NCBI RefSeq assembly: GCF_006345805.1
Contig: NC_043001.1
Span: 89,342,001-89,406,000, forward strand
Length of the DNA: 64,000 bases
Source of the DNA: Octopus sinensis
Lineage: Eukaryota
Direction of reading: 5' to 3'
Both the position numbers and the translations under genes were made by a program. The first letter of the stretch is position 1; each line of letters opens with the position of its first letter. Under the pieces are notes generated by a model, which ran no database searches, was not told the DNA's origin, and was given only the letters and a program-made list of their open reading frames with translations. Below are positions 52,629 through 64,000 of this stretch, one piece after another.

Positions 52629-52738
52629 TCTCTGAAGAGGCCGTGGGGCATCCTTGTTAATGCCTCATTTATACCTGCCTTTATGGCTTATAGGTTAAAT
52701 GAGGTATGACTGCCCTTACTGCCGAAACAGCTGTCAGA
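52629..52738 (+). ncRNA. Minimal type I hammerhead ribozyme in a Penelope-like pLTR remnant
   Basis: TCT-CTGAAGA-GGC[long hairpin]GCC-GAAA-CAGCTG-TC-AGA. All core nucleotides are present, helix I is 3 bp and helix III is the palindrome CAGCTG. The predicted cleavage site is after C52735. Confidence 0.75.
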
Positions 52739-52924
52739 TATGATATAATCACATATTTTATTTTATATTTTATATTTCTATTTTCTTGTCTATTTATATT
52801 TACTATATATTTTGTATAATGCCTTTACTGATATGTAATGGTGTAATAAAGTATTGATTGGGTATCATCTGTTAGTTGATGTTTTATTGATTTAAGTATG
52901 TTTCTCCATTTTCTAATTTTGTAG

Positions 52925-52992
<68 letters not shown>

Positions 52993-53001
52993 ATATATAT
53001 A

Positions 53002-53100
<99 letters not shown>

Positions 53101-54199
53101 TACACACACATACATATGAACCATCAATGCCAACAAATTTTTTCTCTCTGTTTTTTTCATTCTCTCTCCATTTTTTCTCTCTCAATCCTTTCTGTCAAAG
53201 AGCATAGGCTCAAAATGTCAAAAACTTTCGCATTCTTTCCGAGCATTAATCTAATACACCTGCTTGTTGTTCCCTAACCTGTCTTTGTTTTTTGTTTTCT
53301 GTAAATTTGAATTGTGTGTGTGTGTGTAATGTGCTATTTGTTTCAGTTTTCATCTGCCAATTCCACTCACATGGTTTTTGTAGAAAACAGTGGCCCAAGA
53401 TGCTATGCAGTGGGATTGAACCCAAAACAATGTAGTTGGGAAGTAAAATTCTAAACTACACAATCGTACCAGAACTTATTCCTAACCACACAGCTACACC
53501 TGTGCCTAATCACAACCCTACACCAATACCAATACCTGTTCTTAACCATGTTGCCATATCTGCTCATATGCATCTGTGTGTGTGAACATATATGTGGTAC
53601 TAAGCCAGGAAAAACCAGGGCAATGATTTCCCAAGCTCACAAAATTTAGTTATAAATTATCCTGTACATACTCAATTCATTCTGTCTATGAATAACTGAG
53701 GAAAATATTATTACACATTCAATTCATTTGGACTTCGCTCCAAATTTTGACAGCCTAGCTATTAGGGTCAACTCAAGAAATTCTTTCTGCAGAAAGATAA
53801 TGTTACTTAACAAGGTTATTCTTTTGAACTCTTTATGAGTTAGAGCTGGTGTCACTGGACTATTTGAAAACAGGTTTTGTTACATGGATGTATGTGTATG
53901 TGTGTATGTCTGTCTGTATGTATGTCAACAAATATTTATACGTAGATCATTATAAGCACATATACAAACATACAACAAATAAATACCTAAGTATATGCAT
54001 ACATACATACATTCACACATACATATGTATGTATATGTACACTTAAATATACAATGTCCACACATACACATGCACATTCTTATACATACATACATGCATA
54101 CATACATACATACATACATACATACATACATACATACATACATACATACATACATACATACATACATACATACATACATACATACATACATACATACAA

Positions 54200-54960
54200 T
54201 AACCAGACTACTAACTCTCACTTTGAATGGTATGCTTTTGCAATCCAGGAACAGAAAATATCAACCAAGTACCTGATGCACAAAATAGATAGAGATACAA
54301 GAAAAGCAGTACAATGTGACAACCAATGTAGACTTTGTGGAGTTGACACTGAAGATATCACCCACATCATAAGCAGGTGTTCAAAAATGTCATCATGGAA
54401 TTATCTACCAATGAGACATGATGCTGGAGCTTGAACACTCTATAATGAAATCTGTCAGAAGGATGACCCTAAGGAGAAAGAAATAAGAACCCACAGTATG
54501 ATAGAAGCCATAGTCACTCATAATAAAAAGAAGTACTGGTGGAATGTCCCAGTGAAGACCTCAATAAAATGTATGTACAACAGACCTGATATAATGATTT
54601 AAAATACAGAAGAGAAACGGTGTACAGTTGTGGAAATTAGCTGCCCAGCAGATGTTGACATAAAGCTGAAGATCAACGAAAAAGAGAATACCCATGCTGA
54701 ACTATTGAAATATCTGCATTTACTCTATCCAGATTACAAATTCAGGTTTATAGCTGTAATTATTGGGGCCTTGGGATATATAACACACTGCCTAAATACC
54801 AATCTTGAGAAATTAAATTCTCCTTTCTTAAACCAGAAAGGAGAAAGCTATTTCGAAGACTACAGATCCAATCCATCACTGGAACTGTAAAAATCAGTGA
54901 TACTTTCCAGAATTTTATTATTTAAATATACATGAGCATCTCTAGATATGTATGAGAATA
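54200..54960 (+). mobile_element. 5'-truncated R4/Dong-like non-LTR retrotransposon (RLE endonuclease), abutting a (TACA)n array at 54082-54198
   Basis: CCHC knuckle CRLCGVDTEDITHIISRC, then RHD, NRPDI and EISCPAD...EKENTHAEL, which together form the RLE PD-(D/E)xK signature. Confidence 0.85.
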
Positions 54961-55379
54961 TATACGTAAAGCAAAATATACAAATCTGCACATATACATA
55001 CATATATATATACATACAAACAAAAATACCTTCTTACATGCACACATCTAAATATACTTCCTAAACTGGTAAAGCCCAACTCTTAATTTACCGTTTGTTA
55101 CAAACCTCAGTAATTTCTTTATATAATGTAATTTATTGAAAATGAAATATGGTGATTTGGTTTTTACATGGGATCAACATATAGCTTAACCAAATATCCA
55201 TTATACACATTTATCAAACCACAAACCTACAGATGTGACAGGATCTTCAATAGGAAACTCTATTAATATTTCTTAGTCTTGTTATAGAAACTTCACCAAC
55301 ATAGTCAATACCTTAAATGCAAAGATGCTAAACAGCAAGAACATTACCAAATCTATATGCAATTATAATTTCAGGGATC

Positions 55380-57190
55380 CATCTAACTTCCCCTTTAATG
55401 GACTGTGCTTAGTTGAATGATGAACTTTATCAATGTTGATATTCAATTATGTGTCACACAATTCTATGACACAGCCTTGGTAATCAATGGAAAAATAGCT
55501 GGTGTTCAAGTGAAAGTTTCATGTTATTGACCCATTTATTGTCTATGTCTACTGATATGCTTATCTATTCAAACTGGTTGTTGTTGACTGGATAAAAATT
55601 GCAAAGCTTGTGAGAGAATTTTTGTCATAATACAGTAACTTTGCTTCTTTGTAGCTTAGACCACTTTCAAATAGTTAAGGAAGGAAAAGGAGGACAGGCA
55701 GTGGAGCTAAAATGCTTGTCTAATACACTTTAGATCTGTCAGCATTCATTATGTCATGTCATGCATTGTACACTTCTATGTATTTTGGACATTCAATCAA
55801 ATTTCAGTGAGAACATGTCATCGGAGAAACAAATTGTGAGCAAGTCTTTTATATAATTTTGCCTGCAAAACTTTTATGTTCTCTTGTTCCTCTGTGATTA
55901 AGTTCTATTATAAATAAAGTCTCTGGCAAAAATGTTGCAATCTTCTTCACTGGTTATGAATGTTAGCAAGCTAACTGATATCTGGTTGTATTGAGGATTT
56001 TGACATGGAGCAAAACAAACTGCAAGTCAAACATATGTGGGATACAATGAAGCATGGACCACTGGACTTAGGGACTACCAACTACTTTAAGACAAGTCAA
56101 AAGAGTGAGGAAAATTGCTTCAGTATTTGGAGGATTCAATGCTCAATGAGATTGTTGGAAATTGTTCAAGTAGTGGAGAAGCCTTTCGCCAATTTTCGCT
56201 CTGGGATCTTCATTTCTGCTTTGGACTGGATTTGCTCAAGGCTCCAACACTGCTTTTCAACAGAAGTCTATAATATAATGAGGAAAACCTTTTTTATTTT
56301 AATCCCCAAAATGGCCAGTTTCATAGCTACTTAATGCCCTGAAATCATAACAGTGATAGATTAGATAACCTGAATATTGACTCAATGTTAAGCATCACAT
56401 TGAGCGGAAGTCTTGTAGCTGTGTGAGCTACCTGAACTTTTGCATCACTCAATTATGATGCCATCTTTGAACACTTCAACTTTTTACAAAATTATTTTGT
56501 TCAAAATGATTATGTAAAAAATACTTTCAAAAAAATATTTTTAAAAACATTTCTTTGGCTGCAAATGTAATGTTCAAAGCAAAAATCTGGGGGAGGTTAT
56601 GTAAGGCAGGAATATGAATTTGTGAATTTTAAATATTTATTTTTATTTTATTTAACTGAATACTAATCTCTGTTTATATATTTCTTTACTACCCACAAGG
56701 GGCTAAACACAGAGGGGACAAACAAGGACAGACAAACGGATTAAGTTGATTACATCGACCCCAGTGCATAACTGGTACTTAATTTATTGACCCCGAAAGG
56801 ATGAAAGGCAAAGTCGACCTTGGCAGAATTTGAACTCAGAATGTAACGGCAGACAAAATACTAATCTGTTTATAACTGGAAAAATGAAATTTGCAAAATA
56901 AATTACAAATTGGCAAAGAAAAAAACAAAATCAAAAAGTAAAACTTTTGAAAGAACTAGATTTTACAAAATCATAATCTCATACATAGAAATCCAAAGAA
57001 TTTTCTGGTTAGTCATAAGTGGGTGCTTATTCTGACATTCTGCTATTCACAGAAATAAGTATTACAACCATCTTATTTGCAAATGATGAGTTGCACAATG
57101 GACAGAGAATTTTACAATATATGGCAACTGTTACATGTTATTGCTCTCCATATAGAATGTGAATAGACCTGTCAAACATGTTCTCAATGA
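55380..57190 (+). mobile_element. hAT (ZMYM1-like) transposase fossil interrupted by a SINE at 56685-56870
   Basis: QFYDTALVINGKIAGVQ, LFKLVVVDWIKIAKLVREF, LKCLSNT, QKSEENCFSIW and IALHIECE occur in the correct order, with stops and frameshifts. Confidence 0.7.
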
Positions 57191-59064
57191 AAAGCCAACC
57201 TTGACCTCTGGTACAATACTGACAAGACTTAGAGAAAAGTCTCTTAGATGTTACGCAATAACATTGTTTACTCTTGGAAGTGCCTTAGGAGCTGACACAC
57301 AGTATGTGTAATTATAAAATACATTTATAAAACAGTAATGAAGACAATTTAATTAATCTTAGTAGTCATCACGTATAAACAATGATTATAATTATATATA
57401 TTTATTGTGTGTTGGCTGAGATGTTTACTTTCTCTATGCCATTTGTTTTGAAGCAAGGTGAAGGTGGGCACAATTGGCATTTTAAAAACTACATCAACAA
57501 CTCTGTCAAAATGTGTATATAGAAAAGTGTAATGGGAACTGAAAAAGAACAAGAGTAATCCATCGAACTCTTGTTGTTCTCGTTCAGTTTATGAGCAATG
57601 TTGTAGCTTATGTTCGTAAAATATATTCACGAGAAGTTTTGTTGAAACAAGAAAAGTTATATGCTCATAGACATACTGATCGATTTTATATATATATAAA
57701 TATCTTAATGGTCAAATCACAGCAAACTTTTGATTATTTTTTCCGTGTGACTTTTTGTCTATTGATTATTCAATATAATTGTATTATATTTAATAGCAAG
57801 ATTTTAATAACAAGGAGAGAGTAATTCTTGATATACAATTAAAAAAAAAAATGTGGCTGGAACACCTTTGATCAGGTCTCCTCGATAAAACTCATCTGGT
57901 CCTAAACAATAAAAATGCCGTCTTTTATTTCATTCAAAATGAATAATCAATATAAAGAAAATCAAAAATGTACAGTGATTTGATCATTGACGTATTTATG
58001 TATATAATCGATTTCTGTCTATGACCATATACCTCTTTTATATTTTATTTAAACAAAACTATTTTGTGTATATATTTTACACCCGTAAACTACAGCATTA
58101 CTTGTTTTTCGTTCCATAATCATATTTTATATTTCATAGGCAAATTGTCGTGTGTGTATATTTTAAATATATTATTTTTTTATTCACTAATAAATTACTC
58201 TAATAAATAAACAAAGCAAATTTTTTGTATTCTCCATGGAAGTTCCAACAATCCCAAATTGATTTAACACAATCTCTCAGAAGAGAGAGAGAGAGAGCAG
58301 CAACCAATAGTTTAAGAAACTAGATGCTGGACCAATATCTGTGGACTTTGGAGAGAGACTTTTAATGGTTACTTGACCTATTAGAAACAACAGCCAAATA
58401 CGCTTCAAATAAAATGCAGTTGTCATAAAAAATTATGAAGGACATATTGGGTGATGTAGTTTCAGACATACTAGGCTTAAAAAGAAGAAAGAGATGGGTC
58501 AAGGGCAGAATGCCTTTCATTATAGGCCTGCTCAATCAATGTTGACAGAGCTAAACAACAACAATAATAAAATGAGTAATTCAACAATAACGAAAGAAAA
58601 AATAAGAACAGTCTGTTGTTTTCCAATTACTATGTTTTATTTGTTAAAAGTTTGAAACAGAACACAGCTGTTCCAAAGAACAAAAGCAAAGTGACACAGG
58701 ACAGCTCTGTTCATTGTAGAAGAGTGTGTGTCAAAACATAGTCAAGAATATATTTGTGATAGGAGCTGCTTTTTTTTTTTTTTACAATACTGCATTTTAA
58801 TAGTCATAACTGTGGAGTCTTGCCAATTGCAAGAATTTTCCCAGCAGTCAAGCTTTCAAACTCTTGTTGCTAAGTTCCTGACATTTAGATTGTTTGCTAT
58901 TGAGTTCTCTGCATTTTTTTCTTCAGATCCGGTCTCTTTTATAGCACTCTAGAAATCTAACTGGACAGACACATGGTGATATCATTGCTTGAAAATCTGC
59001 AATGTAATCAATATAGTTTTATTGGCCACACTTTTTCTGACATCATTACTCAATGTTAAAGATC

Positions 59065-59280
59065 CTTGTTTGTGAATAAATAAGTTTAGGGATTAATATA
59101 GATATCAGATTAATTCATAGAAAGAAAACAGTGAGGATTCAAACTGAGGCAGAGGTCAGCTACATCTCTATTTCAACTGTGAAAGAGTTCCAGTTATTCT
59201 AACTCAATGTGTACCCTGTTCATTCTATGAATTAATCTGATATCTATATTAATCCCTAAACTTATTTATTCACAAACAAG
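59065..59280. repeat. Perfect 58-bp inverted repeat (59065-59122 and 59223-59280) with a 100-nt spacer
   Basis: CTTGTTTGTGAATAAATAAGTTTAGGGATTAATATAGATATCAGATTAATTCATAGAA and its exact reverse complement. Confidence 0.9.
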
Positions 59281-59989
59281 TGTTTGTCCAGTGTGTCCCT
59301 CTTAAATCTTTAACTACTGATCCCACCGCTTTCATACCCTCACATCTATCAACCACTCCTCTCTGTTATATCAACTCTCTTTCCAATCCTCCTTTCTCTT
59401 TTTTTAATATACTATGCTGCCTATAAAAGTAGGAGAGGTATCTCTTTTTATACTCTCTCTTATTATCTACTACAAGGAATGATACTGGACCTGTATACAT
59501 TCAACCCCTTCCCACCATCATCCCTAAAATCTATGGATATTCTTCATAATGAATTTTAGCATTTATATGTGTGTATGTTTGTGAGTGTGCATGTCTGTGT
59601 GTGAATATATGTGCTAGTGTGTGTGTCTTTTTGGCAATATAAATAAAAGAAAAATGGTGGCAGTTGATCTTCCAACTGAGTCAAAGAAACTGTTTTTGCT
59701 GTCTTTTTTCTCCTTTGCTAATGCTGTTTGTCAGTCAAAGTCTCTGCCAGAAAAATTTATTTGGAAGAAAATGATGCTCCCCTCCATTGCAACTCAGAGT
59801 TTCTTACCATATGCAATTGTACAGACAATAAAAAAGATTATTTAGTATGCTCCAAGAGAGAACACTTTCGAGATGAGTATTTTTGATCAACAATGGTCAG
59901 GTGATGGGTTATAGGGCGCAGAAAGAGAAATATGATTTAGTTCAACTCACTCTACAGCAGAAATGCAATGATAATCAAAAACTTTATAA

Positions 59990-60400
59990 GTTGACACTTC
60001 CCAACAACACTCGAAAATGACAAGCTCTTCAATGTAAATACTGTTAAGATTAGCTACAGTTGCTTGGATATCATTGTTTCCCAGATGTCACATTTCAGTG
60101 TAAAACGCATTACTAAATACTTCACTCATCCTAACAGCCATCTTACAACTGCAGCACCATCCAAATTTTCCCTTTTACAGGAAATACATTTAAGATCTGA
60201 TGCAACCAGTTTATATTTTCATTAAGATAAAGAGAAAGAATTCTACTTTTCATTCTCAGTATATCTGGAAATGAAGGAACATAAGAATCAAGAACAATGG
60301 AAAATAATGTAATAAAAGTATAATCTCTATGTCTCTCTCAAAAATTCTAAACCTTAACATAACCATGGTAATCATTAATTTGGAAGTCTGGGATCCTACT
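59990..60400 (+). mobile_element. Penelope-like element ORF relic (region before and within GIY-YIG)
   Basis: FPTTLENDKLFNVNTVKISYSC matches the PLE motif IFNRNTVKVSYSC; SVYLEMKEHKNQEQWKIM follows downstream. Confidence 0.65.
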
Positions 60401-60801
60401 TCAAGACAAAATGTTTACTATCAACACTGAAATCCAAATTGGCTCACTTCACACAGACTAACCTCCTGTGAAATAATCCAAACAAAGTAGCTTCCCTTGT
60501 TACAGGTCATTTATCAGCAGCCTCTTGCTGCAGTAGTAAATTTCCACTGCAGGGGCAAACAGACTGTTATTTAATATCGTCTAGCATCAAATGTTTCCGC
60601 AATGGAATGCTACAACTAATCACCTACCATCAACTAATGAAAACTGATCTTGATGGTGTTTTCTTTTACACCACACTAAATCCCTTCATCTTTTTTTTTA
60701 AAAAAACATCCACACACCCACACACTTAGACAAACACATACACATACACACACACACATACAGAGGTAGATAGACAGACAAATAGGTAGATAGATAAATA
60801 A

Positions 60802-60858
<57 letters not shown>

Positions 60859-61799
60859 GTGTTATTAATTTATTCATAGCTTTTTCTGGCCCTTTTAAAC
60901 TGGACATAAGAATGCTGTCCAGTTTGAACTTCTGAAGGCCAGTAACCAAGGGGAGAAAGTATTTATTGAGAAAGAGTTCAAGAAAGAAAGACCATGTCAA
61001 TAACTCTCATAGGTATTCCCAGACTGGTGAGTTTTTTGTGAAGCTTGAAGCCAACAGACTTGTGTTCACCTTGAATGATTGTCTGCCTTAAACAGTTGTT
61101 CCCCATGAAATAGATGTCCACTCTGAACTGATATTCAGCTAAAATTGATGTTTAACCTGAAAATTGTGAGAGTAACCCGAAAAAAAAAAACAAAAAACAA
61201 AAAAAATCTTGGAAGCAAAAGCTCAAAAATATCTACCAAATTTCTAGGACATGTCTTTGCCCTGGCACCAATGTACCACCACACCTCTACACTGTTAGGT
61301 TACTACATCCTCATACCAACTAACTAGCTTATTTAATACAAAACATTTAATTCATACAATCTAAATAATATGGTTATTTCCACATAGATGCCATTTTTCA
61401 GCCTTTCTACTTCACCTCCTCTAATTGCTCTTCATTATTTCAAATGTCATACTAAGTTGGCTTGTGTAATTTTCTTCTGTAATCAATCCAAAACGAACAT
61501 ACAATAGAACAACTTTCCACTGGCTCACATCACCAGCACATTTAACAATTGTGTATGGAACAGATCGCATAAACTGAGAACCAAGCAGCAATAGATGTAC
61601 GTACTATCATTTTTTATTCAAACCCGTATTCTGTTTCACAGCTTCCCCAAAATTGCTTATTTTAAAGTTTAAAGAATCTCGCCCTGAAATAAGTCTAAAT
61701 TTCCAATAGGTTCAAGCTGAGGTAGGAGACATAGTTAAGAATTTTTCAAAATACCAATTTTACCAGTTTAAATGACAAGAGTATTTATATTTTGTTACA

Positions 61800-62205
61800 C
61801 TTTTACTCTTTTGTTTCAGTCATTTGACTGTGACCATGCTGGAGCACCGCCTTTATTTGAGCAAATCCACCCCAGGACTTATTCTTTGGAAGCCTAGTAC
61901 TTATTCTATCGGTCTCTTTTGCCAAACTGCTAAGTTACAGGGACGTAAACACACCAGCATAAGTTGTCAAGCGCTGTTGGGGGGACAAACACAGACACAC
62001 AAACATAGACATGCACACACACACACACATATACATATACATATATACGACGGGCTTCTTTCAGTTTCCGTCTACCAAATCCACTCACAAGGCTTTGGTC
62101 GGCCCGAGGCTATAGTAGAAGACACTTTCCCAAGGTGCCACGCAGTGGGACTGAACCCGGAACCATGTGGTTGGTAAGCAAGCTACTTACCACACAGCCA
62201 CTCCT
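61800..62205 (-). mobile_element. Full-length, young OK/OR-type tRNA-derived SINE
   Basis: The head GGAGTGGCTGTGTGGTAAG...GGTTCAGTCCC carries A and B boxes. It has an internal (TG/TA)n tract, an AAAGAGT-type tail and retained CpGs. Confidence 0.9.
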
Positions 62206-62224
62206 ACACCTTAATATTTTTATT

Positions 62225-63230
62225 ATTGTTTTTCAGCTCTTCATATCCTGAGTTCAAATTCCACTGAGGTTCAATTTGCCTTTCATCTTTTTGGAGTTAA
62301 TAAAGTAAGTTGCAGTCAAGTACTAGGGCTGATGTAGTTGACTTCACCCTTCCCTCAAAATTTCTGGTCTTGTGCCAAAATTAGAAAGAAATTTTATTAT
62401 TGTTAGGCAGAATCATTAGCATCCAGGCAAAATGCTTCAAGATATTTCTTCCAGCTTAATGTCCTGAGTTCAAATTCTGCTAAGGTTGACTTTACCTTTC
62501 ATCCTTTGAGGATCAAAAAAATAAGAACCAGCTGAACATTGGGGTCAATGTAACTGACTAACCCCTACCTCCCCCAAATTTTCAGGCCTTGTCTTGTGAA
62601 TTTAGTTGTAAGGATTATTGTTAGGCTGGTAAATTGGCAAATCATTCAAATGCCAGAAAAATGTACTTTGCAGTATTTTTTCAAGTATTTATTCTGAGTT
62701 CAAATCCTGCAAAAGTCAACTTTGCCTTATATCTCTCCAGGGCAGATAAAATAAAATTCCAGTCAAAAAATGGGATTCTATTTAAATGACAACCCTGCCT
62801 CTTCTCAAATTTTTGTCAGTTGTATGGCAGAATTGTAGAGGGTTTGACAAAATAATTTTGTGGTGTCTGTTGTGGATTTTTACATTCTGAGCTCAAATCC
62901 CACTGAGGTTGACTTTGCTTTTCATCCCTAAGCAGTCAATAAAATAAAGTATCAGATGTCAAGTTCTGGGACTGATGTAATCCATTCACCTGCTTCCTTC
63001 AAGGTGGTTGGCCATATGGCTAAATTAGGATATTGGAATTAATGTTTTATTGTTGTGAGTTGTCTCCTTTTATACCCTAAGAGTTCAATTCCCACTCCAA
63101 GTTTAAATTTTTCTTTCATCATTTTAGGGTTGATGAAATAATGTACTAGTTGAATATTATGGCTCTATTCCCATCTTTTCCATACAACTTGTGACCTTCT
63201 GCATAAGTTAGAAATCCTTATTATAGTTAT
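62225..63230 (+). repeat. Head-to-tail array of about five diverged MetaSINE-like units (about 175-230 bp each)
   Basis: The motif TGAGTTCAAAT...GTTGACTTT..TTTCATC...AATAAAATAA recurs near 62250, 62465, 62695, 62890 and 63085. Confidence 0.75.
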
Positions 63231-63463
63231 TACTAGCAAGACCTGTGAATATTTCATGCAATTAATGGTAAACCTATTGGGTTATTTCTGAAAACTTTAT
63301 CCAAAATACCTGAAAGTGTAGCCTGTGTTGTGTCTGTATCAAAAGATAGTTGCTCATCTGCTAATCATTGCAAAGTGAAAGAAATTGGAATACAATGATT
63401 ACTTAATACACTTTATATATGCACTTTATATATTTTATGCACAATTTTTTAGACTTAATACAC

Positions 63464-63530
63464 AGCATTCATAAAATAAATATTCACTCTTATTTTTAGC
63501 ATTCATAAAATAAATATTCACTCTTATTTT
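63464..63530. repeat. 34-bp tandem duplication
   Basis: agcattcataaaataaatattcactcttatttt occurs at 63464 and 63498. Confidence 0.9.
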
Positions 63531-64000
63531 CCTATTTCCCCCATAAACAAAAAAAATCCTATACATATGATACAACCTTTAGTTAAATTGCATTTCATGG
63601 AATTGCACTCATGTGCATGTGTTAAGAGATAGGTGATATAAAAACTTAGTTCAATTAAAAAAAACAACATTTTTCACTATCCAATCACCACCACCACCAC
63701 ATCATCTCTCTCTCTCCCCTCCTCTCTCTCTCTCTCTCTCTCTGCCTTTCTTTAACCTATCAGAACATCATCCCTCTGCTATAATTATATTTTTAACTCT
63801 CTTCCTCTACCTTCAACTAACTTCTTTAACCACATAATAAATATTACATTCCCCCTTCCTCATGTCATGGAAGCTTCTCTCTCCCTTCTTTTTTTCTTTC
63901 TTCCTTTTTCTGTCTCACCCTTTGCCTTATCCTCTTTTTCATCTCCTTTTCCTTTCTGCTCCCTTTCCCTTCAACTAATCATGTGAAAGCGTTACACCTC

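Overview
This is AT-rich, microsatellite-dense eukaryotic DNA, most likely from an octopus (coleoid cephalopod), judged from its tRNA-derived SINE families, MITEs and (TA)n/(CA)n/(TACA)n load. There is no prokaryotic content and no CRISPR array. Nearly all ORFs in the six-frame track are microsatellite artefacts or decayed transposon frames. One host gene is supported, on the minus strand. Its first coding exon (39452-38984) splices in phase 1 across a 32,743-bp intron to a 48-nt exon (6240-6193). The join builds one signal-peptide/TM segment (RKHAITVGLL|VVLLFGLVQPYAEAKI), so the product is probably secreted or a membrane protein, but its family cannot be identified from this window. A repeat-poor, CpG-retaining 5' region (about 38.7-41.8 kb) holds a perfect DR4 element, three CACGTG boxes, CCAAT and octamer motifs, and a candidate alternative first exon. 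The rest is transposon debris: RTE, CR1/L2, an R4/Dong-like RLE retrotransposon, Penelope-like elements, mariners, hAT, Helitrons, piggyBac-type MITEs and SINEs. The most unusual RNA-level features are a core-intact minimal hammerhead ribozyme with a long helix II (52629-52738), several decayed hammerheads, a 687-bp intronic foldback (15778-16464) and a perfect 58-bp inverted repeat (59065-59280). All family assignments come from motif recognition by eye; no database search was run.
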